From: Octopus vulgaris
Lineage: Eukaryota
DNA: 64,000 nucleotides
Direction: 5' to 3'
Assembly: GCA_951406725.2 (NCBI GenBank)
Contig: OX597821.1
Coordinates: 43,214,001-43,278,000 of the forward strand
Part shown: piece by piece, positions 1 to 11,520 of the stretch
Position numbering within the stretch: position 1 is the first letter of the stretch
How the letters are laid out: every line of letters begins with the position of its first letter
Translations under genes and position numbers: made by a program
The notes under the pieces: model-generated
Database searches by the model: none
What the model saw: the letters and a program-made list of their open reading frames with translations, nothing else
Told to the model about the DNA's origin: nothing

Positions 1-33
1 AGCAATACGAGCAGATTTTAGCTTTTGTAAAAG
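1..33 (+). CDS. EIF2S3: eIF2-gamma coding exon, 5' end outside the window: (E)QYEQILAFVK(G)
   Basis: Translation matches the conserved eIF2-gamma peptide QYEQILAFV. GTAAGT donor at 34; phase 1 fits the next exon. Confidence 0.93.
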
Positions 34-322
34 GTAAGTGGCTCTTGGACTGTTATTTTATTGCATTCTTTTATTCTTTTATTCTGGTGTCAGCCATTAG
101 ACTGTGTAGCTTGTTTTAAAGAGATTTTGTTGATATAATAATACAGTCAACAAAAACTCCTTAAACAAGAGAAAGACAGAAGGCAAACTTGTCATGGGCA
201 GGATTTGAATTCAGAATATAAAGAGATGTAAAGGTATTATATCCAAAACTCTCGATTTTCTCACCACCTTTCATTGTTTGGTTTGGAAATTTTTGTCTAA
301 GAAAATAATGCAACATTATTAA

Positions 323-529
323 CCCTTTTTATTACTATATTTCTAATGAAATACGCTATCTTTGCTTCCGTTAATTATGAAAATAATGAATTTAATTATT
401 AAGTTGGTATTTGGAACATAAATTAACATGAAATTTTGATGGAATTTTAAAAATTTAGATAATTTTAAAGCAGGGAATTTGTACCTTAGAACCAGTGGAG
501 TGGTTTCAAGTCAGTTGGAATCAAAAGGG
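323..529. mobile_element. TTAA-flanked (piggyBac-like) MITE
   Basis: TTAA-CCCTTTT...AAAAGGG-TCAA ends. Related copies at about 4127-4235 (partial) and 42306-42517 (opposite orientation). Confidence 0.6.
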
Positions 530-543
530 TCAAATAAATTCCT

Positions 544-649
544 ATTGAAAGATAGTCAGTACAGCCAAACAAAATACCTGATCTGTAGATTACAAAATTG
601 AAAGATAGGCAATACAGTGAAACAAAATACCTGATCTGTACATTACATA
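544..649. repeat. Diverged 53-bp tandem duplication
   Basis: ATTGAAAGATAG at 544 and 597; AAACAAAATACCTGATCTGTA at 567 and 620. Confidence 0.8.
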
Positions 650-1040
650 TAATGATGTAAATTGGCAGAAATAAGATCAAACCCTGTTAGCATAAACTTT
701 GCTTTCATCCTTTTGGGGTAATTGCTTTTCTCTTATTCTTGGCAACAGACAACCAGATAGTATTTTGTAAAAAGCACCCAAAAAAGGCAATAGGAATACT
801 TTTGAATTCTTCCAGAGAAATTTTGTGACCAACACATTGTGTTTCTGAAATAGGTCATCTATTGATATGATAATGCAAGGAAAGATATTTCGTAAAATAG
901 TGTTATTTCAGAATTTCTTCTTTAATTCATTTCATTTCCCTTCAAAATATTCTTTGTTCAAACAGGTTAATTCAAATGTCGGTTATAATTTGTCCCTTTA
1001 TTACAAAGTAAATATCATACTTCTTTCTTTACCTTTACAG

Positions 1041-1175
1041 GCACGATAGCCGAGGGTGCCCCTATCATACCTGTATCTGCTCAGTTGAAATATAATATTG
1101 ATGTTGTATGCGAATATATTGATAAAAAAATACCTGTCCCTTTGAGAGACTTTAAATCAGAACCAAGGTTAATAG
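1041..1175 (+). CDS. EIF2S3: eIF2-gamma exon: [45 protein letters not shown]
   Basis: Pyrimidine tract with TTTACAG acceptor and GTAAGT donor, 135 nt. Near-identical to the end of the eIF2-gamma G domain. Confidence 0.97.
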
Positions 1176-1345
1176 GTAAGTTACTATTCAACATATTAAT
1201 TGTGCTTGTTTGATTACAATCCTGTTCCGTATGTTTTCATAAATTGTGTTGTGAAGTTCTCTAAGAAATTTAATTAGTTTGATTTTTTTATGAAATCTCA
1301 TCTGATACCTCAAATTTATAAACAATATATTTCTTTTATTTCCAG

Positions 1346-1440
1346 TTATTCGATCCTTTGATGTCAATAAACCAGGCTGTGAAGTGAATGAAGTGAAAGG
1401 GGGTGTTGCTGGTGGTAGTATTTTAAAAGGAGTTTTGAAG
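1346..1440 (+). CDS. EIF2S3: eIF2-gamma exon: [32 protein letters not shown]
   Basis: TTTCCAG acceptor and GTAATT donor, 95 nt. Contains the diagnostic RSFDVNKPG and GGVAGGS motifs. Confidence 0.97.
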
Positions 1441-1521
1441 GTAATTTTGAATTGATGTCTATTTATACACACACACACACACTTATGTATGGGTTTGGTT
1501 CAGAAACAAGATAAATAAAAC

Positions 1522-1863
1522 TCATCATCATCATCATCATCATCATCATTTAGCGTCCGTTTTCCATGCTAGCATGGGTTGGACGGTTTAACTGGGGTCT
1601 GTGAAGCCGGAAGGCTTCATCAGGCCCAGTCAGATTTGGCAGTGTTTCTACGGCTGGATGCCCTTCCTAACGCCAACCACTCCGCGAGTGTAGTGGGTGT
1701 TTTTTACGTGCCACCTGCACAGGTGCCAGACAGAGCTGGCAAACGGCCACGAACGGACGGTGCTTTTACGTGTCACTGGCACGGGGGCCAGCCGAGGCTG
1801 GCAACGAACACGAACGGATGGTGCTTTTACGTGCCACCGACACGGGGCCAGACGGAGCTGGCA
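1522..1863 (-). mobile_element. 5'-truncated RTE-LINE 3' end with (GAT)n tail and ~60-bp internal repeats
   Basis: Reverse complement of the tail CCAACCCATGCTAGCATGGAAAACGGACG..(GAT)n, which also ends the RTE at 35345-37520. Confidence 0.8.
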
Positions 1864-2434
1864 AATATACATATTTCTTTATTGTAACTGGTAAAAGTTA
1901 TAAAGTGACTCAAGGGCCAAGAGTTTCATGCACGGCACCTATCAAGTGCTATACAGAAACTCTTGGCACTCGAGTCGCTTTGTATCTTTCACCTGTTAAA
2001 ATAATACACACACCTGCATACACATATCAACATTGTTTTACATCCATTTCTATGCTGGCATGTATTGTATGGATATTACTGCACTTCTTGGTGAGTTAGA
2101 GGATCAAGTCTTGAGTTTTTCGTCATTAGATTGGTTTCTATAGCAGGATGCTCTTCCTATCACCAGCCCCCTTTATAGGGTGTATTTGCTGTATTTCCTC
2201 ATAGCAGTAGCACTAGGGAATTTGTCATGTCTTCTAGATTAAAGGCATCTCTTGATCCCACACTTAATGGGGTATTGGAAGGGAGTGAGTGAGAGATGAG
2301 CAATAGAGCATAAGGGATAAAGACATGGACAATAGACATCAGAGGTATATGTGATGGAATGGGTAAATGATGGAGATGTCCAAGGGACAAGAGGCTGTCA
2401 AAGAGACCAACGATGTAGATTTAATAATATGCAG

Positions 2435-2465
<31 letters not shown>

Positions 2466-3634
2466 TGTACATGCATGTGTGTATATATATATGTATACAT
2501 ACATATATGTGTGTGTGCTTACATGTACATATACCTAACAATGCATGTCTACTCACAAGTGAGTAGAACCTATTAGATTGTACCACCCTTTAGCTATTTT
2601 TTGTTTTAGGTGTCTGTGTCGTAGAACCAGACATAGACATTTTCTTGGCCCTCTCATATACATACAATTTTGATGCCCAGTAAGCCTTCAATTTATTTAA
2701 TTTGCTATTTATACATAAGAACTGCAGTTCTTAGTAGGCTGCAAAAATACCAGTTGATAATATCAATGTCACCGGTGTGCCTAACAACTACTAACTTCAA
2801 ATTTAAAATGAAATTTGCCTGCAAGTGGATGGGATGGCTGTGGGTGCTCCATTATCACCATCTCATGGCAAGTATCTACATGAACTGTTTTGAAAATTTA
2901 ACTCTAGAAAATACAACACTGAAACCTGCAGTTTTGAAGGTGACACTGTTGTAGCCTTGCCACACTTAAGAGCATCTCCAAGTTGTTGTAGAGCACATGG
3001 ACTCAACTCTTACATTAATCTTCTTTAGCGTGAAAAGAAAAAGAGCAACAGCCAACTGTCTGTCTTGGATATATTAGTGAAAAGGAAAGGACTGGAGCCA
3101 ATCGGAATATCAGTGGATCAATAAACTACAACTGCTGGACTCTGCCACCCCTGGATTGTATTTCACATCCATCGACTGTTAAGAAAGTAATCATCAAATA
3201 CCTATAACATTGGGTAAAAACAGTCTGGAAATACATTAGCTTATGCAGAAGAAATGAGTTGATATATATCCCTGAATAACAAATACTTAACCCATCATAC
3301 AAGATCTGCAGCCAACATCAAACATATGGTAAAGTCGAATTTATCTTTCTCCCTTTCTACAAAACATCTACAATGAGAAAACAGACAACACAGTATCAGA
3401 ACTTTGTTCTAAAGTAGCACTACCACATATTCCTCACCAGAACAGTTGGTAAACGGGTAAAGGTTAGTGACAGGAAGAGCATCCAGCAAAACAATGCTTC
3501 AATACATTCATCTAATTCTAATCCTTGCTAGTGTGGAAAAAACCCAGACATGAATGAATGAGTTGACTTAGTTTCAGAAGATGTTAGACAAAAGAAATGT
3601 CACTCTTTGCATTAATTTGATATTTATATTTTAG

Positions 3635-3779
3635 GTTGGACAAGAAATTGAAGTACGGCCTGGAATAGTAAGCAAAGAAAAGGATGGCCAACTGTCATGT
3701 AAACCTATTTTATCCAGAATTCTGTCACTATTTGCTGAGCAAAATGATTTACAATATGCAGTTCCTGGTGGTTTAATAG
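3635..3779 (+). CDS. EIF2S3: eIF2-gamma exon: [48 protein letters not shown]
   Basis: TTTTAG acceptor and GTATAG donor, 145 nt. IEVRPG and PGGLIG motifs; frame continuous with both neighbours. Confidence 0.97.
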
Positions 3780-4388
3780 GTATAGTTGATTTTTGTGAAA
3801 TTTTTAGAAACATTTCTCTGAAGTTTTAACTCTTTTTGCATCCACCATAAAACTAGTAAATGCTGAAGTGTTTATATAAAATCATAGTTGATGTCTTCTT
3901 AGTACCAGCCTAATATCGTAAAAAATAAAAATACCTCCAGTTTATTTGACTAAATTCACTTCATATAATTTGTTTGGGCATTTATTGGATCTACGTGTGT
4001 AGAAATAAAATGACAAAAAAGTTTTCTATTTCTTCAAGCTAAAATGTTTTATAATGTTCTAAATCTAGAGCTGTTTCTGTGTATTCCATTGAGGTTTTTA
4101 GCTTCCATTTATAAATTTCACTTTAACCCTTTTGTTACAATATTACTATTTGTTTCAATTTATTTTAGAAGTAATTAAGAATTTCATAAAATAGGTCATT
4201 ATTAAACTGGGATTCGGAACATAGATTAATATGGTTAAACCAGTTTTTGTGTCTGAATATATTTTTAGTATAAAGTTGTTACTTCAGAAAGTAAATTTTT
4301 TTAAAATGCTTATTAATTTGTAATCTCTAATTTAACTAAATGCATTCTTAATTTTATGTATACTGATTTTTTTTTTTTTTCCTTGTAG

Positions 4389-4558
4389 GTGTTGGAACAA
4401 AAATTGACCCAACATTATGCCGTGCTGATAGAATGGTGGGGCAAGTATTAGGAGGTGTTGGTGTGTTACCAGAAATTTATACAGAATTGGAAATATCTTA
4501 CTTTTTGCTCCGCCGATTATTGGGTGTGAAAACTGAAGGCGATAAGAAAGGAGCAAAG
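4389..4558 (+). CDS. EIF2S3: eIF2-gamma exon: [57 protein letters not shown]
   Basis: Poly-T tract with TGTAG acceptor and GTTTGT donor, 170 nt. DPTLCRADR and LLRRLLGV motifs. Confidence 0.97.
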
Positions 4559-4616
4559 GTTTGTCATTTACACCTTGTGTTAGAATTGCAAATAAAGTGT
4601 GACCAGCTTAATATGT

Positions 4617-4961
4617 ATTTAATAACTATTAGGACCAAGTTAAGGGTTTCCATTGATTTAATAACTATTTAATAACGATTAGGACCAAGTTAAGGGTTTC
4701 CATTGTTTTAATAACGATTAGGACCATTTTAAGGGTTTCCATTGATTTAATAACTATTTAATAACGATTAGGACCAAGTTAAGGGTTTCCATTGATTTAA
4801 TAACTATTTAATAACGATTAGGACCAAGTTAAGAGTTTCCATTGTTTTAATAACGATTAGGACCAAGTTAAGGGTTTCCATTGATTTAATAACGATTAGG
4901 ACCAGGTTAAGGGTTTCCATTGTTTTAATAACGATTAGGACCAAGTTAAGGGTTTCCATTG
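4617..4961. repeat. Intronic minisatellite, 8 copies of a 39-bp unit (three carry an extra 11 bp)
   Basis: Unit ATTTAATAACGATTAGGACCAAGTTAAGGGTTTCCATTG repeated head to tail; 5x39 + 3x50 = 345 bp. Confidence 0.95.
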
Positions 4962-5339
4962 TTGCAGTAAAATTCTTCTCCAAGGAAACTAGTGATGGAA
5001 ATTTTGTTTAATGTTTTAGCATTATAACGAACATTTCTCTATTGTAGGTCAATGTTGGCTTATTTTTTCATGAAATTGAATGTTATTTAACTAGGCATTT
5101 CTTTAATAAAAAATGATTAACTTCAGTTTCAAAACTATTTAATTTTGTGCATTTTAGAAATTAATAAAAGAGAGAAAATGTGATAATAAGCAAGAGCTCT
5201 TGATCTGCTTGCTGTTCTAACTGAAATGTGTTATTCAAGTAGGATTTTGCTGTATTAGTGAAAAATTAGTCATTCATTAGTGATGCCTTCTGCTTTTTGT
5301 CCTCATTTATTCAAGCTTAATAACAAAATAAAAGTGACC

Positions 5340-6230
5340 AGTATAGTTTGTGCTAAGAAGCTCACTTTGCTCAATGTGGTTTGGAGTCCACTACATGGCA
5401 TCTTGGGCAGGTATCTTCTACTATAGCCCTGGACTGACCAATGCTTTGTGAATGAATTTGGTAGATGGAACCTGTGTGATATCCTGTAGTATTTGTATGT
5501 GTATCTATGTATGACCACCATCATTATCTTCATTTAACATTTGTTTTCCATGTTGGCATAGGTTGGATGGTTTGAGGGGATCTCGACTGAGTAGTATCGC
5601 GAGAAGTGGTTTTGTGCTGGGTGAGAGGTTAGAGTCTGAGGGACAGAAATAGGCGTCTTGCAGTAAAGGAGATACATGGCTATCTCAGTAGCAGAGAGAG
5701 GGGTGATGGTGCAATGGGGTGGGTACACTCAAGTTACAGGGAGGTGCATGTGTGAGAGCAAGGATTAGAGAAGGTGAGTGAGTAGATAAGTTTGTAAGAT
5801 TGCGAAAGGAGAGTGGGCAGTGGAGAGAATGTAACAAGTGGACTGAAGCAGAGATGGGTTGTTGGAATATGCTGTGGGGGAAGAGATTCAACAGGGGAGA
5901 TTGGGAGAGAGGGAAGGGAGTTGGGTAGATGGGTTGTAGGTTTGTTAGGACAGATTATGTGCAGGCTGGGTGTTGTGGGTGGGTGTGTGTGGATATAAGG
6001 GACATGCCTATATGGCCTATATATATTATGTGTGTTTGGTCCTCTCCATTGCTTGACAAGTGGTGTTGGTTTGTTTACATTCCTGTAACTTAGCAATCTG
6101 GCAAAAACAATCCATAGACTAAGAACCAGTTGTAAACCATATGTTGGGGTCAATTTGTTTGACTAAACCCCTGAAGGTGGTGTGCCAGCATGGGTCACAG
6201 TTCAATAACAAAAACATGTAAAAGATAAAA
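5340..6230 (+). mobile_element. Decayed tRNA-SINE split by an oppositely oriented RTE-tailed repeat
   Basis: SINE 5' half at about 5340-5500 and 3' half at about 6030-6230 match the 14354 family. The insert begins with a reverse RTE tail at about 5520. Confidence 0.6.
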
Positions 6231-6525
6231 GTTAAGCAACAAACAGATTATAGATTTTTTTTTTACGAGAGTAAAATTAAAGCTTGTCTATAATAATTTG
6301 TATTTAATTTCTTGATTGAGTGAAAGTTCATGTTTGGATCACTTGTTTTAAACTAAAAGGTAAGCAAAATATCATTTGGTATTATTGCTAGAATATGAAG
6401 CAATTTAATACTTTAGGTTTAAGTGTTGGTTGATGGAGAAATCGTTAGAAATATGTGGAACAATATTCTCCCAAAGCTTTTTAGTTGATGTTCTTTGGTT
6501 TTCATTCGTGTTTCTTATTTTTCAG

Positions 6526-6698
6526 GTCCAAAAATTGGCTAAGAACGAAACTTTAATGGTAAACATAGGTTCTTTATCAACTGGTGGGAGAGTTTTGGCT
6601 GTAAAAGCCGATTTGGCTAAAATTGTTCTGACTTCACCTGTTTGTACAGAGATTGGTGAGAAAATTGCTCTGAGTCGGAGAGTTGAAAAGCACTGGAG
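6526..6698 (+). CDS. EIF2S3: eIF2-gamma exon: [58 protein letters not shown]
   Basis: TTTTCAG acceptor and GTAAAA donor, 173 nt. Domain III motifs MVNIGS and [11 protein letters not shown]. Confidence 0.97.
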
Positions 6699-6820
6699 GT
6701 AAAACTAAAATTTATTAGAATCTTCATGATGTAATTTTTTTATTTTATGAGATTGATGATTCTTCAAAATTAATTAATTGATATTTCTTAAATTAAACTG
6801 GTGAATCTTTTCTTTTGTAG

Positions 6821-6884
6821 ATTAATTGGCTGGGGACAAATTCGTCGTGGTTTGACAGTAAAGCCTGTTGGTCCTGATGAGTGA
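6821..6884 (+). CDS. EIF2S3: eIF2-gamma last coding exon: LIGWGQIRRGLTVKPVGPDE*
   Basis: TTTTGTAG acceptor; completes the HWRLIGWG motif; TGA at 6882-6884. Confidence 0.96.
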
Positions 6885-7067
6885 GCTTACAATTACCACA
6901 TCGGTAGACTCTTAACTATGTAAATGTAATTGATGCCTACCCTTACTTAGGACTGGCAACGAGATTTTTCTGAGAGAACAACATTTAACATCTATAACTT
7001 GCAATAAGTGCAAAATTTTCATGGTTTATTGCCTGACTTTGCTAATATGCAACCACAGAAGCAGTTT

Positions 7068-7073
7068 AATAAA
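7068..7073 (+). terminator. Likely polyadenylation signal of eIF2-gamma
   Basis: AATAAA about 185 nt after the stop, followed by a GT/T-rich tract at about 7102-7121. Confidence 0.6.
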
Positions 7074-7167
7074 TATTATTTCTTGACTATGTTTTAATGG
7101 AGTTGTTTTTTTGTTTGGTTGAGCATGTATATAGTTACATGTCATAAAAATATTTTTTTCTTTGCTT

Positions 7168-7515
7168 ATCTGGCCTCCTAATTCCCCTGATTGTAATCCC
7201 ATGGATTACTATATGTGGGGTGCAGATGAGAGAGAGAGACATTAACTCTTCTGTCTGCAATACACCTAGGCTGAGCTGGTGGCTAAGACTGAGGAAGTGT
7301 TTGAAGATCTTCCCAGGGATACAGTGAAGAATGCATGTGCCAGGTTCTGGAGCTGTCTTGAAGTTGTGGAAGCTGAGGGTGGCTACTTTGTTTAAATTGT
7401 TATCTCTCAGCCACAATCTAGTTGATATTTTGTGATTTAAAAAAAAAATACTTCTATTTTTGGATGGGATATTGTATTTTCTTTTCTATTTATGCAAACT
7501 TTCAAATTTAGCTGT
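7168..7515 (+). mobile_element. 3' fragment of a maT/DD37D-type Tc1-mariner transposon
   Basis: Encodes WPPNSPDCNPMDYYMWG; homologous to 18060-18365. Confidence 0.65.
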
Positions 7516-9913
7516 TTATTTGCCTAATTTACATGTACATCTTCTAATTGCCTCTACTTCTGTCTCATGGTAATCACTAATAGTTAACCTGATCTACTTA
7601 TTTTCTTTACATTCTTACTATAATCATATCTCATGAGATTTTGTTTTATTTCAGGTCAACTTCATCATTTCTTTCAGTTGTAGAAATTGGTTTACATTGC
7701 ATTAGATGTAACCAAGTTGGGATAAATCCTGAAACTTGTGCAAAGATTACTTACAATTTACTTCTGCTTATATAAGTAGTGATGTAATTTTCCCTGTCAG
7801 CAAATTATCTGCTATGTGGAATACGATGTCCCTTCTTGAAAAACAAATATGGGTTAGTGATAAGAAAAACATCTGGTTAAAACAATATTTCAATCATGTA
7901 CATCTAACCCATGCTAGCATGAAAAATGAACAAGAAAATACAGTCAGGGTGAAAGACAACTAAGTCTTACAGAAATTTAGGTCACTATTTTCATAGATGT
8001 GACTATACTTTGTAGTAAATTCACCAGGTGTTTTATAATACTTGGGGAACTACTAGTTGCAACTTGTGAAATGACCATCGGAAGAGAGCAAATAATTTGT
8101 TTTTTCTGCTTCCTTAAGGTTTGGTCCTGCTGCATGGTACCTTGGGTAAGTGTCATTTGAGTGAAATTTGGTGGTAAATGGAAACTGAAAACATATCAGA
8201 GGGTCTGTTATAGAATGGTAGACTTAATGTTTCTCTGCTCAGTACCAGCACAACCTGATCCTTGAGTAAGAGTTCACTACGTTAACATTCAGATCATTTG
8301 AGGATAACTCAGCAGTCTTGGAGACCTTAAGTAAAGTTATGAATTGTTGTCCTTCATATGACTGAGCTGTATAAAAAAAAAAAACCCCAGTAATTCATGC
8401 AAGTAAAAGCTGATGTAAACATTAACATTGCTAAACATAATAGATATAGCACCCAAATCTTCCTTAAATCACACTATACTGTCTTAAAAGATTTCATTAA
8501 TGTACTAACAAATACTTTTTCCTTGAGTTTTTAGGAATATGAAATTACTAGGAGTGGATTCCCAGTCCCTTCGTTCCTGCCCCTTTTAGTCGCCTCTTAC
8601 ACCAGGCAGGGAATACGGCAACTGCATTCTACTGCTCCCCTCCTTAGTCGCAGGGGAGTTTGCTAGTTAACCCATAGCTGGGACCCTTACTAGTGCAACC
8701 ACTCCAGGCCAGAATAGACCTGGGAACAATAGTGGTTAAGAGGTGGTTCCACACTCCTGAAACCCTGAAACTAGGGCCTCACTATCGGATGTAGTTTATA
8801 GTCATACCCAGGATGATGGATGAGGAGCAGATGGTTAGGAGGATGATGAAGGCAGCAGAAGCAAACTTCAGTTTGTGTGGATGGATGGTGTGAGGAAAGC
8901 TTTGGTGGTGGTTAGAGGTGTTGGAGTGAGAGAGGCAGGAGAATTTATAAATGAGAGGAAAGCTTGGAGAGTGTTTGTAGATGGATGAGTGAATTTGATA
9001 TTGCTCAAAGTGGGTATGGAACCAGCATATGCTGTGAAGCTTTGCTGCTGATATTGGGGGTTGCGTTCTATCCCTTGATCCAAGCATAGAACGGAGCTTG
9101 CCTCTTAGAGCTGGAAAATGAATGGAATGCCTGTATGTATGTCTTGTGGCTACCCCCTCCTAAAAGAATGGGGAATAGGCCTGGGTATATAACTTACAGA
9201 TACACATAAAAAAAGAGGTGGTCATGACTGGAATACTAGTAGTACAGACCTTGCCCAACAAGGTACAATACTATAGCATTGCTCTATATATCAAGGATAT
9301 ACAATTACTACAACCGACACCTTATCTACATGGAGAATCACCAAGTCTACAAACTTCTCCAGCCACTGTAGCCTGGCAAAATGTCTGTTGTAACAGTCAC
9401 CCTTGTGCAGTGTGCTCCTATTTTCAATAAACTCTTTAAATAGCTCCTTCACTATGGAGATCTACCCCCTCCGTGTAAAATTAAAAAATAAAATAAAATG
9501 TGACCTACCCTCAAGCAATCTCTGACTCTGCCTATTATTCTCACTTCAGTTAATAAGTTCAATCACTGTGTCAGTCAAATAAATAATAGCATACTCTGGT
9601 TCAAGTGAAATAAATGACCTCATAGGCAGGAAATATATCTCAACAGAATGAGAATAAATTTCCCTCTATAGACGACTGGTTATAAATAATAGCTACCTGA
9701 ACAAAGTAAAATGGCTGAGATGGCATTTTTTTCTCTCTCTTTTACGTAACCACCTTGAGGACATAAGTCAGGATGTAATAAAATGCACACAACATTAAAA
9801 AAACAAACAAGTTTTTAAAAAATACTCCAAGTTTTATTACTTTGAATATCTACAATCTTATTTTATTCAAAATTAAAAAAAAACCCAAGATATAGAAAAT
9901 ATTCAGTTTAATG

Positions 9914-9919
9914 TTTATT
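9914..9919 (-). terminator. Candidate polyadenylation signal of the SFT2 gene
   Basis: AATAAA on the minus strand about 285 nt past the stop; further copies at about 9862 and 9833. Confidence 0.4.
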
Positions 9920-10203
9920 TTTAATAATAATAATTGCTTTTCATTTTAGAGTTGATAGTTTTCAAATGTTTGTAACTAGGATGTACAAATAAATATATTC
10001 ATTGATCTATTTGGAATAATTTGATTGAGAAGTTTCAAATATAACATAGCATTTAAAAAAATATGGAAACTATATTGACATCATATGACAGTCATGCCTT
10101 TATATCAAATGTCAGTTATACAGTTCAGCAAATGATACATTTATAGAGACTTGTTCCATGATGTGAAGGTATTAGTGAGAAAGCTGACGGTTGCCTGGAC
10201 ACT

Positions 10204-10243
10204 TCATTCAATACATGATGCAAAGCATTTTTTCACAGCATCT
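10204..10243 (-). CDS. SFT2D1: Vesicle transport protein SFT2 (SFT2D1/2-like), last coding exon: (R)DAVKKCFASCIE*
   Basis: Acceptor TTTATCATACAG; phase 2 fits the previous exon and completes the conserved IPYARDAVK motif; TGA stop. Confidence 0.9.
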
Positions 10244-11134
10244 CTGTATGATAAAGAATGTATGCACATTAAGACATATATAAGAGAGAAAGTGTGTGGT
10301 GAAAATCAGATTGGAACATGAAAAAAAATTAACAGAAAAGTACAAATAAACATCAGCTTTGAAGACCAGGCTCCAACTAGCTTTGGCACCTTTAAAGGTG
10401 AAGAACTTTAACTGATATAGTACTACTACTGGTTGTGATAGTGATTGAGAATTTCACTGAAGTGATGGGCATTAAAAAAAAAAAGGCCTAGGACTAAAAA
10501 TGTGGAGAAGAAATTAGGGATGAAACAGAAAACGACGAACTAATACATCTAATATAGTAACAAGACATTATATATACACACACACACATATATAAAAGAC
10601 ATTATACACAAGAGATGATATATAAAACATCAAAAAATATATCCATAGTAATTAAGAGCTCAATAGGTTAAAATCCAAATGAAAAAGGATTGCATGTATA
10701 TATAAAGTTAAAATGATCCGTAAGAGTGATGTAGATTTACAATAAAATACAGGAAAGCTTAAATTTCAGATTGTTCATAATTTAATTACTTTCAATAGCT
10801 GGTTCAGTAAGAATAATCATTAATCTCATAATTAAGATACCTAATTAAATTAATTTAAAGCAATGTTTATCTAAATCATCAGGAACACTTGAACCATGCT
10901 AATCATAGACCATTGCTAGTTTTTTATACTATGTATGCTTATGTGGTAGTCTTTTAATAAGACTCATCAATTTAGTGGAAAATTCATGTTTTGATGGCTT
11001 ATTCAACCAATCTAACTGAATAAGACATTGGGTGAAACAGAAAACCCCGATCAACAGGAGTTTTACAATTTGACTACTCTCAGTATAGAGTCACCCCATC
11101 AGGAGAGGTTCTATTATTATTCTTGAACTTAGGG

Positions 11135-11360
11135 TGGCCAGCAGGCAGAACTGATAGCACACTGAACAAAATGCTTAGCGGCATTTTGTCTGGCGAATTC
11201 AACCTTAGTGGAATTTGAACATAATGTTCAAATTCCACTAAGGTTGAATTCGCCTTTCATCCTTTCGGGCTTGATAAATTAAGAATCAGTTGAGCATTGG
11301 GGTCAATTTAATCGACTTTGCTCCTTCCTTGAAATTGTTGGCCTTGTGCCAAAACATGAA
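11135..11360 (+). mobile_element. SINE copy containing a local fold-back duplication
   Basis: Homologous to 47140-47310 (GTTCAAATTCC...CTTTCATCCTTT...GATAAATTAAG). Confidence 0.7.
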
Positions 11361-11400
11361 GCCATTTTTTTTTTATACTTTCATATAAATACAAATTTTA

Positions 11401-11520
<120 letters not shown>

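Noticed and set aside
4617-4961. CRISPR-like or telomere-like array
   Set aside because: The units abut with no unique spacers, the context is a eukaryotic intron, and TTAAGGG only resembles TTAGGG.
1176-6820. Intronic snoRNAs in eIF2-gamma
   Set aside because: I saw no convincing paired C/D boxes with a terminal stem and no H/ACA fold; a snoRNA scan would be needed to exclude them.
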